From: a virus
Lineage: Duplodnaviria > Caudoviricetes
Direction: 5' to 3' (one strand)
DNA: 45,188 nucleotides
Virus record (IMG/VR): IMGVR_UViG_3300046778_000113
Coordinates: 1-45,188 of that record
Shown here: piece after piece, positions 1-7,189 of the stretch
How the letters are laid out: each line of letters begins with the position of its first letter
Numbering within the stretch: the first letter of the stretch is position 1
The notes under the pieces: generated by a model
Seen by the model: the letters and a program-made list of their open reading frames with translations, nothing else
Told to the model about the DNA's origin: nothing
Database searches by the model: none
Position numbers and translations under genes: made by a program

Positions 1-152
1 CTGCTGCCCGTGCTGCTGCCTCTGCTGCTGCCCCCGCTGACGGTGCTGCTGACCGTGCTGCTGACTCTGCTGACTCTGCTGCTGACTCTGCTGACTCTGC
101 TGCTGACTCTGCTGACTCTGCTGCTGACCATGCTGCTGACCGTGCTGCTGAC
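1..152. repeat. Tandem 9/12-bp repeat (ctctgctga / ctctgctgctga and variants), left part
   Basis: Directly visible; encodes ESA/ESAA/RSAA/WSAA on the - strand. Confidence 0.95.
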
Positions 153-601
153 CTCATTTCTTCATTTGAAGCCCCTAAAATTTCGGCCCGATGAAACTCC
201 TTAACGAGCAGCAGCGCATTTTTAAGGCCATATTCATCACAGTTTTTTTGTAACTCTAGCAATCTGTCGATTCGTTTAATTGCAAGCATTGGACGAACAA
301 TTTCAAGATCTACACCAATAGGAACGGCTGCAAGCAAGTCGCTTCCGAACTGTGCGGCCTCTGATTTCGGCACGCCTTCGAATATTTTATCGGCAAGCAA
401 TGCAAGCCATTTTGGCCAGCCAAGCTCGACTGGAAATCCTGAGTGGTCGTAGCGATCAAGAGTGCAGCCCACAAAGCAGCCTCGGCCATTGTCAAAGCCT
501 GTGCCCTGAATCACCTCATCGGCCTTGCGATGAGCCTCGAATCTCTCAACATATTTTTTCTTTACTTCAATATCACCGTGGTAGCTAAGCATTTTTGTCA
601 T
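1..601 (-). CDS. N-terminal part of a phage protein with (E/R/W/G)SA(A) repeats; runs off the left end of the window
   Basis: Manual translation from ATG at 601: MTKMLSYHGDIEVKKKYVERFEAHRKADEVIQGTGFDNGRGCFVGCTLDRYDHSGFPVELGWPKWLALLADKIFEG...EEMRSAARSAAWSAAESAESAA, open to position 1. Absent from the ORF track. Confidence 0.85.
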   Translation of the reverse strand, partial: MTKMLSYHGDIEVKKKYVERFEAHRKADEVIQGTGFDNGRGCFVGCTLDRYDHSGFPVELGWPKWLALLADKIFEGVPKSEAAQFGSDLLAAVPIGVDLEIVRPMLAIKRIDRLLELQKNCDEYGLKNALLLVKEFHRAEILGASNEEMRSAARSAAWSAAESAESAAESAESAAESAESAARSAAPSAGAAAEAAARAA

Positions 602-627
602 CCCGTTTGTGTTGGTTAAGTTAACGA

Positions 628-645
628 TTGATAATGTATTATCAA
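628..645. promoter_or_regulatory. Palindromic operator TTGATAATGTATTATCAA over the -10 of a leftward promoter (TTGCAA-17-TACATT)
   Basis: 8-2-8 inverted repeat; member of an 8-copy family. Confidence 0.75.
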
Positions 646-675
646 ATATAAATAATTGCAAGATTAATTTAATGC

Positions 676-704
676 TTGCGCTGATAATATATTACCGATA
701 CTAT
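676..704 (+). promoter_or_regulatory. Sigma70-like promoter TTGCGC-17-TACTAT with a degenerate operator (681-698) in the spacer; likely drives the RNA island
   Basis: Exact 17-bp spacing; the spacer TGATAATATATTACCGA matches the operator family. Confidence 0.6.
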
Positions 705-709
705 TTGTT

Positions 710-975
710 TAGGCGTTATGCGATTTCTTGTTTGCGAGGCCTTTAAGTCGGTATAACAAGATGGCAGCGGGAAAGACTGCAGCACCGTTCGTTACGTAAG
801 TTTGGTCTGTGTTTATAGATGTAAACTGCAACGCGTTCGCTAGGTCTACGGTTTAGATGTAGCAGATTCCTCGGGCTATACAGGGGTGATTGCAGAAAGT
901 ATGCGGAATGCGCGCCAAATCAGTTGCCGTTGATCTATGTTTTTCCTCGGTGTATCAAAGATGGGCGCGCATTTT
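710..975 (+). ncRNA. Candidate structured non-coding RNA(s)
   Basis: No credible ORF; hairpin 714-757, GGAAAGAC hairpin 764-780, twin hairpins 804-823 and 843-861, perfect 10-bp stem 907-916/964-973. Confidence 0.45.
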
Positions 976-979
976 CTTA

Positions 980-1050
980 GCGGGTAATCATAGGTTGATC
1001 GGCAGCCTTCCAAGCTGCTAACGCGGTTTCGAATACCGCTATCCGCTCCA
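980..1050 (+). tRNA. tRNA-Gly(UCC)-like gene with a shortened, non-canonical D-arm region
   Basis: Acceptor GCGGGTA/TATCCGC, discriminator T, encoded CCA; anticodon arm GCAGC-CT-TCC-AA-GCTGC; T arm GCGGT-TTCGAAT-ACCGC. Confidence 0.85.
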
Positions 1051-1167
1051 AATTAGCCTAAAGGCAAAAAGAGCCTAGGATCATTGCTACGCAGTGCAAT
1101 TAGTCAAGTGATGATGACGGGCCGGAAAGACGGCCACCCATAAACTATCGAATTAATCGAGGTGCGA

Positions 1168-1374
1168 ATGATAATACCGCCAATTCAAAAAGCTCCGGCG
1201 CAAAATGAATCCCGAGACCGCCATAAAAAACTAGACAATCTTGAGCTGCTTGAATGGGCCTCTCACCGCATCGAGCTATGCCAAAAAGAACAATTCTTTG
1301 GAAAGCTAACCCTGCACTTTGAGGCCGGTAAGATTGTGCGTACCACTTCTGAAAAGTCTGAGGTTCCTTCATAA
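1168..1374 (+). CDS. Small protein, DUF2292/YezD-like beta-hairpin C-terminus
   Basis: RBS GAGGTG before ATG 1168; motif FFGKLTLHFEAGKIVRTTSEKS recalls DUF2292-like proteins. Confidence 0.55.
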   Translation: MIIPPIQKAPAQNESRDRHKKLDNLELLEWASHRIELCQKEQFFGKLTLHFEAGKIVRTTSEKSEVPS

Positions 1375-1452
1375 ATTTGACACCGCACAAAAACAGCCCT
1401 AATATTCGTCAAATATAGCGAGGCACTTAATCGCTGACGGTATTTGACAAAC

Positions 1453-1489
1453 AAAGCCGCCTTTCCTTCACGGGATTGGCGGCTTTTTT
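1453..1489 (+). terminator. Intrinsic terminator immediately upstream of the head operon RBS
   Basis: AAAGCCGCC...GGCGGCTTTTTT. Confidence 0.75.
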
Positions 1490-1501
1490 ATTTGGTGATT
1501 T

Positions 1502-2614
1502 ATGCTATTTGCCGACCTAATGACACTTGACCAAGCGCCAAAGCGAACTGCTGATGGCTACCTTTTCGCCACGCCAAAGGTTGCACGCACAGGCATTCAA
1601 GACTATATGGGCTCCGAATTGGGTCGCCCGGATCTTGGAATCGTTAAGGTTTATCGCCCAGAAAAAGAAGTTTTTAACCGTGACGCCCTTCATTCATTCG
1701 CACATCGCCCCGTAACAATTGATCATCCACCTGTATTGGTTGATGCATCAAACTGGAAGAAATATGGCGTAGGCACCATTGGTGATGAGGTTGTGCGCGA
1801 TGGCGAGTTCGTTCGTGTTCCATTAATGCTTATGGACAAAAACGCTATTGATCAGGTTGATAGCGGTAAGGCCGAGCTTTCCATGGGCTACACGGCAGAC
1901 TTGATTTTCGATGCTGGCATTACTCCTTCCGGTGAAAAATACGACGCCTATCAGGCAAACATTCGTGGCAACCATTTAGCAATTGTCGATAAGGCGCGCG
2001 GCGGCGATCAGCTTCGCGTTATAGATTCAAATTTTCGTTCCAATCATAAACAGTCTGAGGGCAATCCAGTGACTACCAAAACAATCGTTGTAGACGGTCT
2101 TTCCGTTGAAGTTCCATTGACTGCAGCTCAGATTATTGAAAAATTTCTGTCTGATTCTGCAGTTAAGACAACCACTTTGCAGACAGTTAATGCCGAATTG
2201 CAAACCAATGTGGCCACGCTTACGACCAATGTGCAGACCAAGGATGCAGAAATCGCAACCTTAAAAACACAATTGGCTGACGCTAAAAATCCTGCAGCTA
2301 TCGATGCTGCGGTTAAGGCTCGCGCCTTGGTGGTTGATGCGGCTAAAAAGATCCTTCCTGCTGTTGTTGTTGATGCAAAATCGGATATTGAGATCAAGCG
2401 TCAAGTCGTTGATAGCAAGCTTGGCGAAGCCTCAAAAGGCTGGAATGACGAGCAGATTTCTGCATCATTTGCCGCGCTTTCTTTGTCTGCACCGGTGGCA
2501 GATCCATACGCTGCGGCAGTTCGCGATGGCGCAAATACGGTTGTTGATGCTGAGGCGGCTCGCATCGAGCGTGATAAAGAAGTTTCGTCTGCCTGGAAAA
2601 CAAAAACCGCCTAA
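1502..2614 (+). CDS. Head maturation protease/scaffold (DUF2213 family)
   Basis: DGYL...VARTGIQDY, ELSMGY and GNHLAIVDKARGG motifs; coiled-coil C-terminus; position before the capsid genes. Confidence 0.9.
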   Translation: MLFADLMTLDQAPKRTADGYLFATPKVARTGIQDYMGSELGRPDLGIVKVYRPEKEVFNRDALHSFAHRPVTIDHPPVLVDASNWKKYGVGTIGDEVVRDGEFVRVPLMLMDKNAIDQVDSGKAELSMGYTADLIFDAGITPSGEKYDAYQANIRGNHLAIVDKARGGDQLRVIDSNFRSNHKQSEGNPVTTKTIVVDGLSVEVPLTAAQIIEKFLSDSAVKTTTLQTVNAELQTNVATLTTNVQTKDAEIATLKTQLADAKNPAAIDAAVKARALVVDAAKKILPAVVVDAKSDIEIKRQVVDSKLGEASKGWNDEQISASFAALSLSAPVADPYAAAVRDGANTVVDAEAARIERDKEVSSAWKTKTA

Positions 2615-2662
2615 TTGCATGCAAGGGCAAAGAAATTTAATTAATTTTTAGGAGCTTCAATC

Positions 2663-3136
2663 ATGACAGTAGTTCAAAGTACATACACAGAAACTCAGCC
2701 TATAGCTTTACCTGGCATGCCTGCTGATGCTGACTTTTCGGCTGATACACGAATTTGCGAAACCGCTGCAGGTATTGCTTTCGGTGTTGCAGTTAGCCAA
2801 GGCACGGCAGACAAGGGCGCGCTTATTGGTGCGGCTGCAGCAGCTAACTTTGTGGGCATTACCATTTCTGACAAAACCATCGCCAACGATGGCGGCGCAG
2901 ACGGTTACAACCAGTATGACAATATGGGTGTGATGTATCGCGGCACCATTTGGGTTACCACAGGCGGCGCAGTTAATGACGGTGACGATGTTACTTTCAG
3001 CTCAACCACAGGCGTACTTTCAAGCGCTGCAACATCTGGCACCCAGTTTGCTATCGCTGGTGCGCGCTGGATGACCACTGCTGCAAGTGGCGCTTTCGCA
3101 AAAATTCGTTTGGGCGGCGCATTGCCATCTGCTTAA
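2663..3136 (+). CDS. Head decoration/cement protein
   Basis: Ala/Gly/Thr-rich; IAFGVAV and GVMYRGTIWV motifs; sits between the scaffold and capsid genes. Confidence 0.8.
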   Translation: MTVVQSTYTETQPIALPGMPADADFSADTRICETAAGIAFGVAVSQGTADKGALIGAAAAANFVGITISDKTIANDGGADGYNQYDNMGVMYRGTIWVTTGGAVNDGDDVTFSSTTGVLSSAATSGTQFAIAGARWMTTAASGAFAKIRLGGALPSA

Positions 3137-3172
3137 TTCTTGGCTAACAATCCTTAAAGAGGAATTTTAAAA

Positions 3173-4117
3173 ATGACACAATTCATAGACGCTAGCCAAG
3201 CTTTAAGCTTTTTGACTCAGCAGGCGGCACATATTGAACCCGAGGTTTACCGCACTAAATATGCGGCCATTCAATACCCTAACCTTATTCCTGTAGATAC
3301 GTCTGCGGGTGAGTGGGCGCCATCAGTGGTGTTCTTCTCTCAAGATACGGTAGGCAAAGCTGATTGGTTCCAAGGCAATGCTAATGATATGCCTCGCGCT
3401 GACGTCTCTATGACCAAGTTCGACGCACCTATCAGCATGGCTGGCATTGGTTACGGTTACGACTTGGAAGAAATCGGCGTTGCTATGCGCGTTCGTCGTG
3501 ACCTTACTGCTGACAAGGCTATTGCAGCTCGTCGTGCATACGAAGAGTTTATGGAGGGCATCGTGCTTATTGGCGATACCCGCAAAGGCTGGCAGGGGCT
3601 TATCAATCACAGTGCGGTAACACCAACTACTGCGCCTGCTGACGGCACCGGATCTGCAACCACTTGGGCGTCAAAAACTGGCGACCAAATTTCGCGCGAT
3701 ATCAACAACAAGTTGTCACTGATCAGTTCAAGCACTCTTGGTATCGAATATGCCGATACTCTGCTGCTTCCAATTGATCAGTACAATCTTTTGGCCACCA
3801 AGCGCTTGGGCAACAATGGCGAATCCATTACCGTTATGGAATGGGTCATGAAGTACAATGTGTATACGGCAACAACCGGCAATCCATTGACTATTCGTGT
3901 GGTTCGTCAATTGTCTACCGCTGGCGGATCAAGCTCTGCGCGTATGGTTGCTTATCGCAAAGCTCCCGATGTTGTTAAATTGCACATGCCAATGACTCAC
4001 CGCTTCATGCCGGTATGGCAAAACGGCCCATTGCGCTTTGATATTCCTGGTATTTTCCGTACCGGTGGTGTTGATTTGCGCTTGCCAGGTGCATTCGCGT
4101 ACCTCGACGGAATCTAA
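3173..4117 (+). CDS. Major capsid protein (DUF2184 family)
   Basis: 314 aa; GYGYDLEEI, GLINH and C-terminal GGVDLRLPGAFAYLDGI; strong RBS GAGGA. Confidence 0.9.
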   Translation: MTQFIDASQALSFLTQQAAHIEPEVYRTKYAAIQYPNLIPVDTSAGEWAPSVVFFSQDTVGKADWFQGNANDMPRADVSMTKFDAPISMAGIGYGYDLEEIGVAMRVRRDLTADKAIAARRAYEEFMEGIVLIGDTRKGWQGLINHSAVTPTTAPADGTGSATTWASKTGDQISRDINNKLSLISSSTLGIEYADTLLLPIDQYNLLATKRLGNNGESITVMEWVMKYNVYTATTGNPLTIRVVRQLSTAGGSSSARMVAYRKAPDVVKLHMPMTHRFMPVWQNGPLRFDIPGIFRTGGVDLRLPGAFAYLDGI

Positions 4118-4172
4118 TCATTAATAATATGGGCATCCATAAGGGTGTCCAGCTAATTCGCACAGGTGACTT

Positions 4173-4571
4173 ATGTCAAAGGTAATTTTAGTAAACGGAA
4201 CCGGTCAGCGCTTAGGTGTAACCCTGCTTAGTGGTAGTCAGCTTTTTGTTGACGCAAAATCCGAAAGCAAGCCGGTTGAAATCGACGAAGGCACGCTTAA
4301 TGCCATTCGATTATCAAGCAATTTGACCATCAAAGATGAAGCCGGATCTTCTGTAGGCTCATCAGATGGCGATGCAAATTTTCTTGCGCTGAAAGAAGAA
4401 AACGCCTCCTTGAAAAAGGCTGGCGATGAACAGCTTGCAACAATCGCGGAGCTTGAATCTTCTGTCAAAACACTGAAAGAAGAAAACGAACTCATTGTGA
4501 TTGAATTGAGTGAGCTCAAGGCGTCAAAGCTAGCTGATTCAGATAACGCAAATACCAAAGGCAAGAGATAA
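4173..4571 (+). CDS. Hypothetical coiled-coil protein
   Basis: ORF with GGTGA RBS after the capsid gene. Confidence 0.75.
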   Translation: MSKVILVNGTGQRLGVTLLSGSQLFVDAKSESKPVEIDEGTLNAIRLSSNLTIKDEAGSSVGSSDGDANFLALKEENASLKKAGDEQLATIAELESSVKTLKEENELIVIELSELKASKLADSDNANTKGKR

Positions 4572-4573
4572 TC

Positions 4574-4942
4574 TTGCCTTACGTTCTGCCAACTGCCGCC
4601 GAATTCAAGGCTAGATTTGAACCTAGCTTTGATTCGCTTTCCGATGCCTATATCGATGCGATGATCGCGGAAGCTGCGCGCAATGTCGATGAAACATGGG
4701 AAGATCTGGATTATCAGCCCGCAATTATGTTTTTGACTGCGCACAATATTTCAGAAGAGCAAAGTCTCGGTGGAATTATTGGGGCGCCAGGCATGATCAC
4801 ATCTGAAAAGCTTGGTGATGCGCAAGACACTTACGCGGCCAATGGCAGCATTGACGCATTAAGTATTTATGGCGGAACGGTTTACGGGCGTCGTTTTGCT
4901 CAATTACAGCGCGTTAATGTTCCTGCGGTGGCATTGCTTTGA
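4574..4942 (+). CDS. Head-tail adaptor (DUF4054-like)
   Basis: FKARFEPSF, LTAH, SEKLGD and TVYGRRF motifs; position. Confidence 0.75.
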   Translation: MPYVLPTAAEFKARFEPSFDSLSDAYIDAMIAEAARNVDETWEDLDYQPAIMFLTAHNISEEQSLGGIIGAPGMITSEKLGDAQDTYAANGSIDALSIYGGTVYGRRFAQLQRVNVPAVALL

Positions 4943-5271
4943 ATCCGTACACAAAACACATGACGCAAACAATCACCTATTGGGCGCCATTGTCTGCGAA
5001 TGAGTTCAACGAAATAACTTTCGATGCTCCGGTTACGATGTTGTGCCGCTGGCAAGATAAGGCAGTTTTGTTTCGCGACTCTCAAGGTCAAGAAGTTACT
5101 AGCGCTGCTGTTATTTATCCCGCCCAGCCATTGGCGCTTAAGGGCTATATTAAAAAAGGTGATAATGCAGAGGCTAATCCGCTTGGACTGGCTGGAGCAT
5201 TTGAAATCAGGCAGTCAGGCGATAGCCCAAATCTGCGCGGAACAATAACCCTAAACAAGGTATTCGTTTAA
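4939..5271 (+). CDS. Head closure/stopper protein
   Basis: QTITYW...CRW...GQEVTSAAVIY pattern; position. Confidence 0.65.
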   Translation: MNPYTKHMTQTITYWAPLSANEFNEITFDAPVTMLCRWQDKAVLFRDSQGQEVTSAAVIYPAQPLALKGYIKKGDNAEANPLGLAGAFEIRQSGDSPNLRGTITLNKVFV

Positions 5272-5672
5272 TGAGCGGATCAGTAACGGGTTTTGATGAG
5301 GTTATGAAAAACCTCAATAAAGAGATTTCAGGCATAAAAAATAGATCCTTTGCCGGGTTGCTTGAGGCTGGACTAAAGATTGAAGCCGGAAGCAATGAGC
5401 GCGCACCTAGCGAATACGGTGACTTGCGCGGAAGCTCATACACGCGTAAGAGTCGAGACGGATCATTAAGCGTTGAGGTTGGCTACACGGCCTCTTATGC
5501 GGCATTCGTTCACGAAAATTTAGAAATGCGCTTAAAAGGCGAATTGCGCCCGAGCGGATTAGGAAAATACTGGGGCCCGAAAGGCGAAAATAAATTCCTT
5601 GAAAAAACAGTTAAACTAAACGAAGCAAACATTATTCGCATAGTTCAGCACCATGCAAGCGTAGGAAATTAA
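5271..5672 (+). CDS. Neck/tail completion protein (HK97 gp10-like)
   Basis: AP..YGDLRGS, VGYTASYAAFVHE and KFLE motifs. Confidence 0.8.
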   Translation: MSGSVTGFDEVMKNLNKEISGIKNRSFAGLLEAGLKIEAGSNERAPSEYGDLRGSSYTRKSRDGSLSVEVGYTASYAAFVHENLEMRLKGELRPSGLGKYWGPKGENKFLEKTVKLNEANIIRIVQHHASVGN

Positions 5673-6046
5673 TGAATAGCGCGGCTTTTGATATTAAGGC
5701 GCAGCTTGTTTTGCTTGGGGTTATCGCCTCCGGCTTTGTTGGTGAAGAGCCTGCAACGCCAAATGATGTTGTTACAGTTTACGATACTGGCGGCGGCGAA
5801 CCATTTGCAGGCATAGAGCTTTATGAGCCATCTATTCAGGTGCGCGTAAGAAACACTTCATATGCTGCCGCATACGCACTACAGCAAGAAATTAGAAAGG
5901 CGCTAATTGTGCCCACGGATTTTGAAATAAATAACACGCACTACATTGGCGTGTGGAACATGGGCGACATTATTAGCCTCGGTAAAGATCAAAACAACAG
6001 AGCAGTATTCACCGCAAACTACAGAATTGAGAGGCAACCGCTATGA
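5672..6046 (+). CDS. Tail terminator / minor structural protein
   Basis: YDTGG, PSIQVRVR and LGKDQNNR...FTANY motifs. Confidence 0.75.
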   Translation: MNSAAFDIKAQLVLLGVIASGFVGEEPATPNDVVTVYDTGGGEPFAGIELYEPSIQVRVRNTSYAAAYALQQEIRKALIVPTDFEINNTHYIGVWNMGDIISLGKDQNNRAVFTANYRIERQPL

Positions 6047-6447
6047 GTGAAATCGGATATAACGGCAGAGTATTTAAAATTAAGCTGGGCGCTACCGTTA
6101 TTGCAGCGGTACAGTCAAAAACCGCTACGCACGCGCGCGAAGGCGTTGACGTAACCAATGATGATTCGAACGGATGGCGCATTCTTTTGCCGGATCCTGG
6201 TGTGCGCTCAATGGATGTAAGCATTGAAGGCGTTGCTACAGAGGATAACTACCAAGTAATTCTTGATGAATGGCTTGGCATTGTTAATAGCAACATTACT
6301 ATTCAGCACGCTGATGGATCTACCGCAACAGCGCAATATGGTTTCTTCCTTGGCTCGGTTGAATTCTCAGGCTCTAACGATGGCCACGTTGCATTTACAG
6401 CTTCGTTGCAATCTTCTGGCGAGGTAACAATCACGCCGGCACCGTAA
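6043..6447 (+). CDS. Major tail tube protein (GTA/TP901-1-like)
   Basis: VDVTNDDSNGWRILLPDPGVRSMDVSIEG...FTASLQSSGEVT. Confidence 0.85.
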   Translation: MSEIGYNGRVFKIKLGATVIAAVQSKTATHAREGVDVTNDDSNGWRILLPDPGVRSMDVSIEGVATEDNYQVILDEWLGIVNSNITIQHADGSTATAQYGFFLGSVEFSGSNDGHVAFTASLQSSGEVTITPAP

Positions 6448-6544
6448 TCCCTGTGTGGGAGTTTTGCGGCTTTCAACGGGCCGCTTTTTTCCCGCACTTT
6501 AACCACTAAATAGACGCGAAAAGCGCTAACAGGAAACCCACACA

Positions 6545-7024
6545 ATGAGCCAATTAAGAAAGACCATAGTTATTCCTTTTTCAACCCCAAGCAAAAGCGA
6601 TGAGGTTATCGTAAATGTGAGCTGGGATATTCTGGAAAAGGTTGAGCGTGCATACGGCACAAGCGCCGAGTATGTGGCCGTTCAAATCCTGCCGAACATA
6701 ATGCACGTGCAGCGCCATAAGCTGGCCCAAGTTCTTAGTATGTGGGTACAGGGCAAGACCGAACTGAAACAGGTAGATATCACCGAGGCTGTTCAAACTG
6801 CATCGCAAACGCAATTTTATTCGTATATCGGAATGGTGCAGGCTGCCATTCTTTGGTCTATTCGCGGCCCTGATGGCCTTCCGCTTATCAGCGATTCAAA
6901 TTTCGATAAGCTTATTGCTGGGCAAGATTTAGATCCTGTTGATCCGGTTGTTGCACCTAAAGAGACGGTTGCAACTAAGCCAAAAAAGCCTCACACGGCT
7001 ACATCCAAGAAGCGTACAGGCTAG
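6545..7024 (+). CDS. Tail assembly chaperone (gpG-like)
   Basis: Between the tail tube and tape measure genes; in-frame slippery site A AAA AAG at 6982-6988. Confidence 0.8.
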   Translation: MSQLRKTIVIPFSTPSKSDEVIVNVSWDILEKVERAYGTSAEYVAVQILPNIMHVQRHKLAQVLSMWVQGKTELKQVDITEAVQTASQTQFYSYIGMVQAAILWSIRGPDGLPLISDSNFDKLIAGQDLDPVDPVVAPKETVATKPKKPHTATSKKRTG

Positions 7025-7173
7025 CGGTTAGCTCTCTAGGAATTCAGCCAAGCGAATTTTGGGGTATGAGCCCTGCTGAAATGTGGGCCTTGTACGACGC
7101 TGTTAAGCCGCCCGAAATGGTAGGAAAAATGACCAAAGAAACCTTCGATAATCTGCGCGACATGCTTCACTAA
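6982..7173 (+). CDS. -1 frameshift extension of the tail chaperone (gpGT-like)
   Basis: The -1 frame is open to TAA 7173 and reads ...LGIQPSEFWGMSPAEMWALYD..., typical of tail chaperone C-terminal domains. Confidence 0.8.
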   Translation, partial: KKASHGYIQEAYRLAVSSLGIQPSEFWGMSPAEMWALYDAVKPPEMVGKMTKETFDNLRDMLH

Positions 7174-7189
7174 ATCCAAAGGGGTATTT

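Noticed and set aside
10-204. Leu/Thr-rich + strand ORF (LLTLLT...)
   Set aside because: It is the antisense shadow of the tandem repeat; the credible gene is on the - strand.
628-645. Operators as canonical Fur boxes
   Set aside because: The spacer is consistently 2 bp rather than the 1 bp of the 7-1-7 Fur box; kept only as a hypothesis.
714-797. GTTATGC...GTATAAC...GTTACGT as a fifth cassette/attC
   Set aside because: The putative attC is only ~47 bp with no proper L boxes; better explained as RNA hairpins.
1051-1140. tRNA-associated HDV-like or hammerhead ribozyme
   Set aside because: I could not build the nested pseudoknot or find a CUGANGA/GAAA core by eye; a covariance search would be needed.
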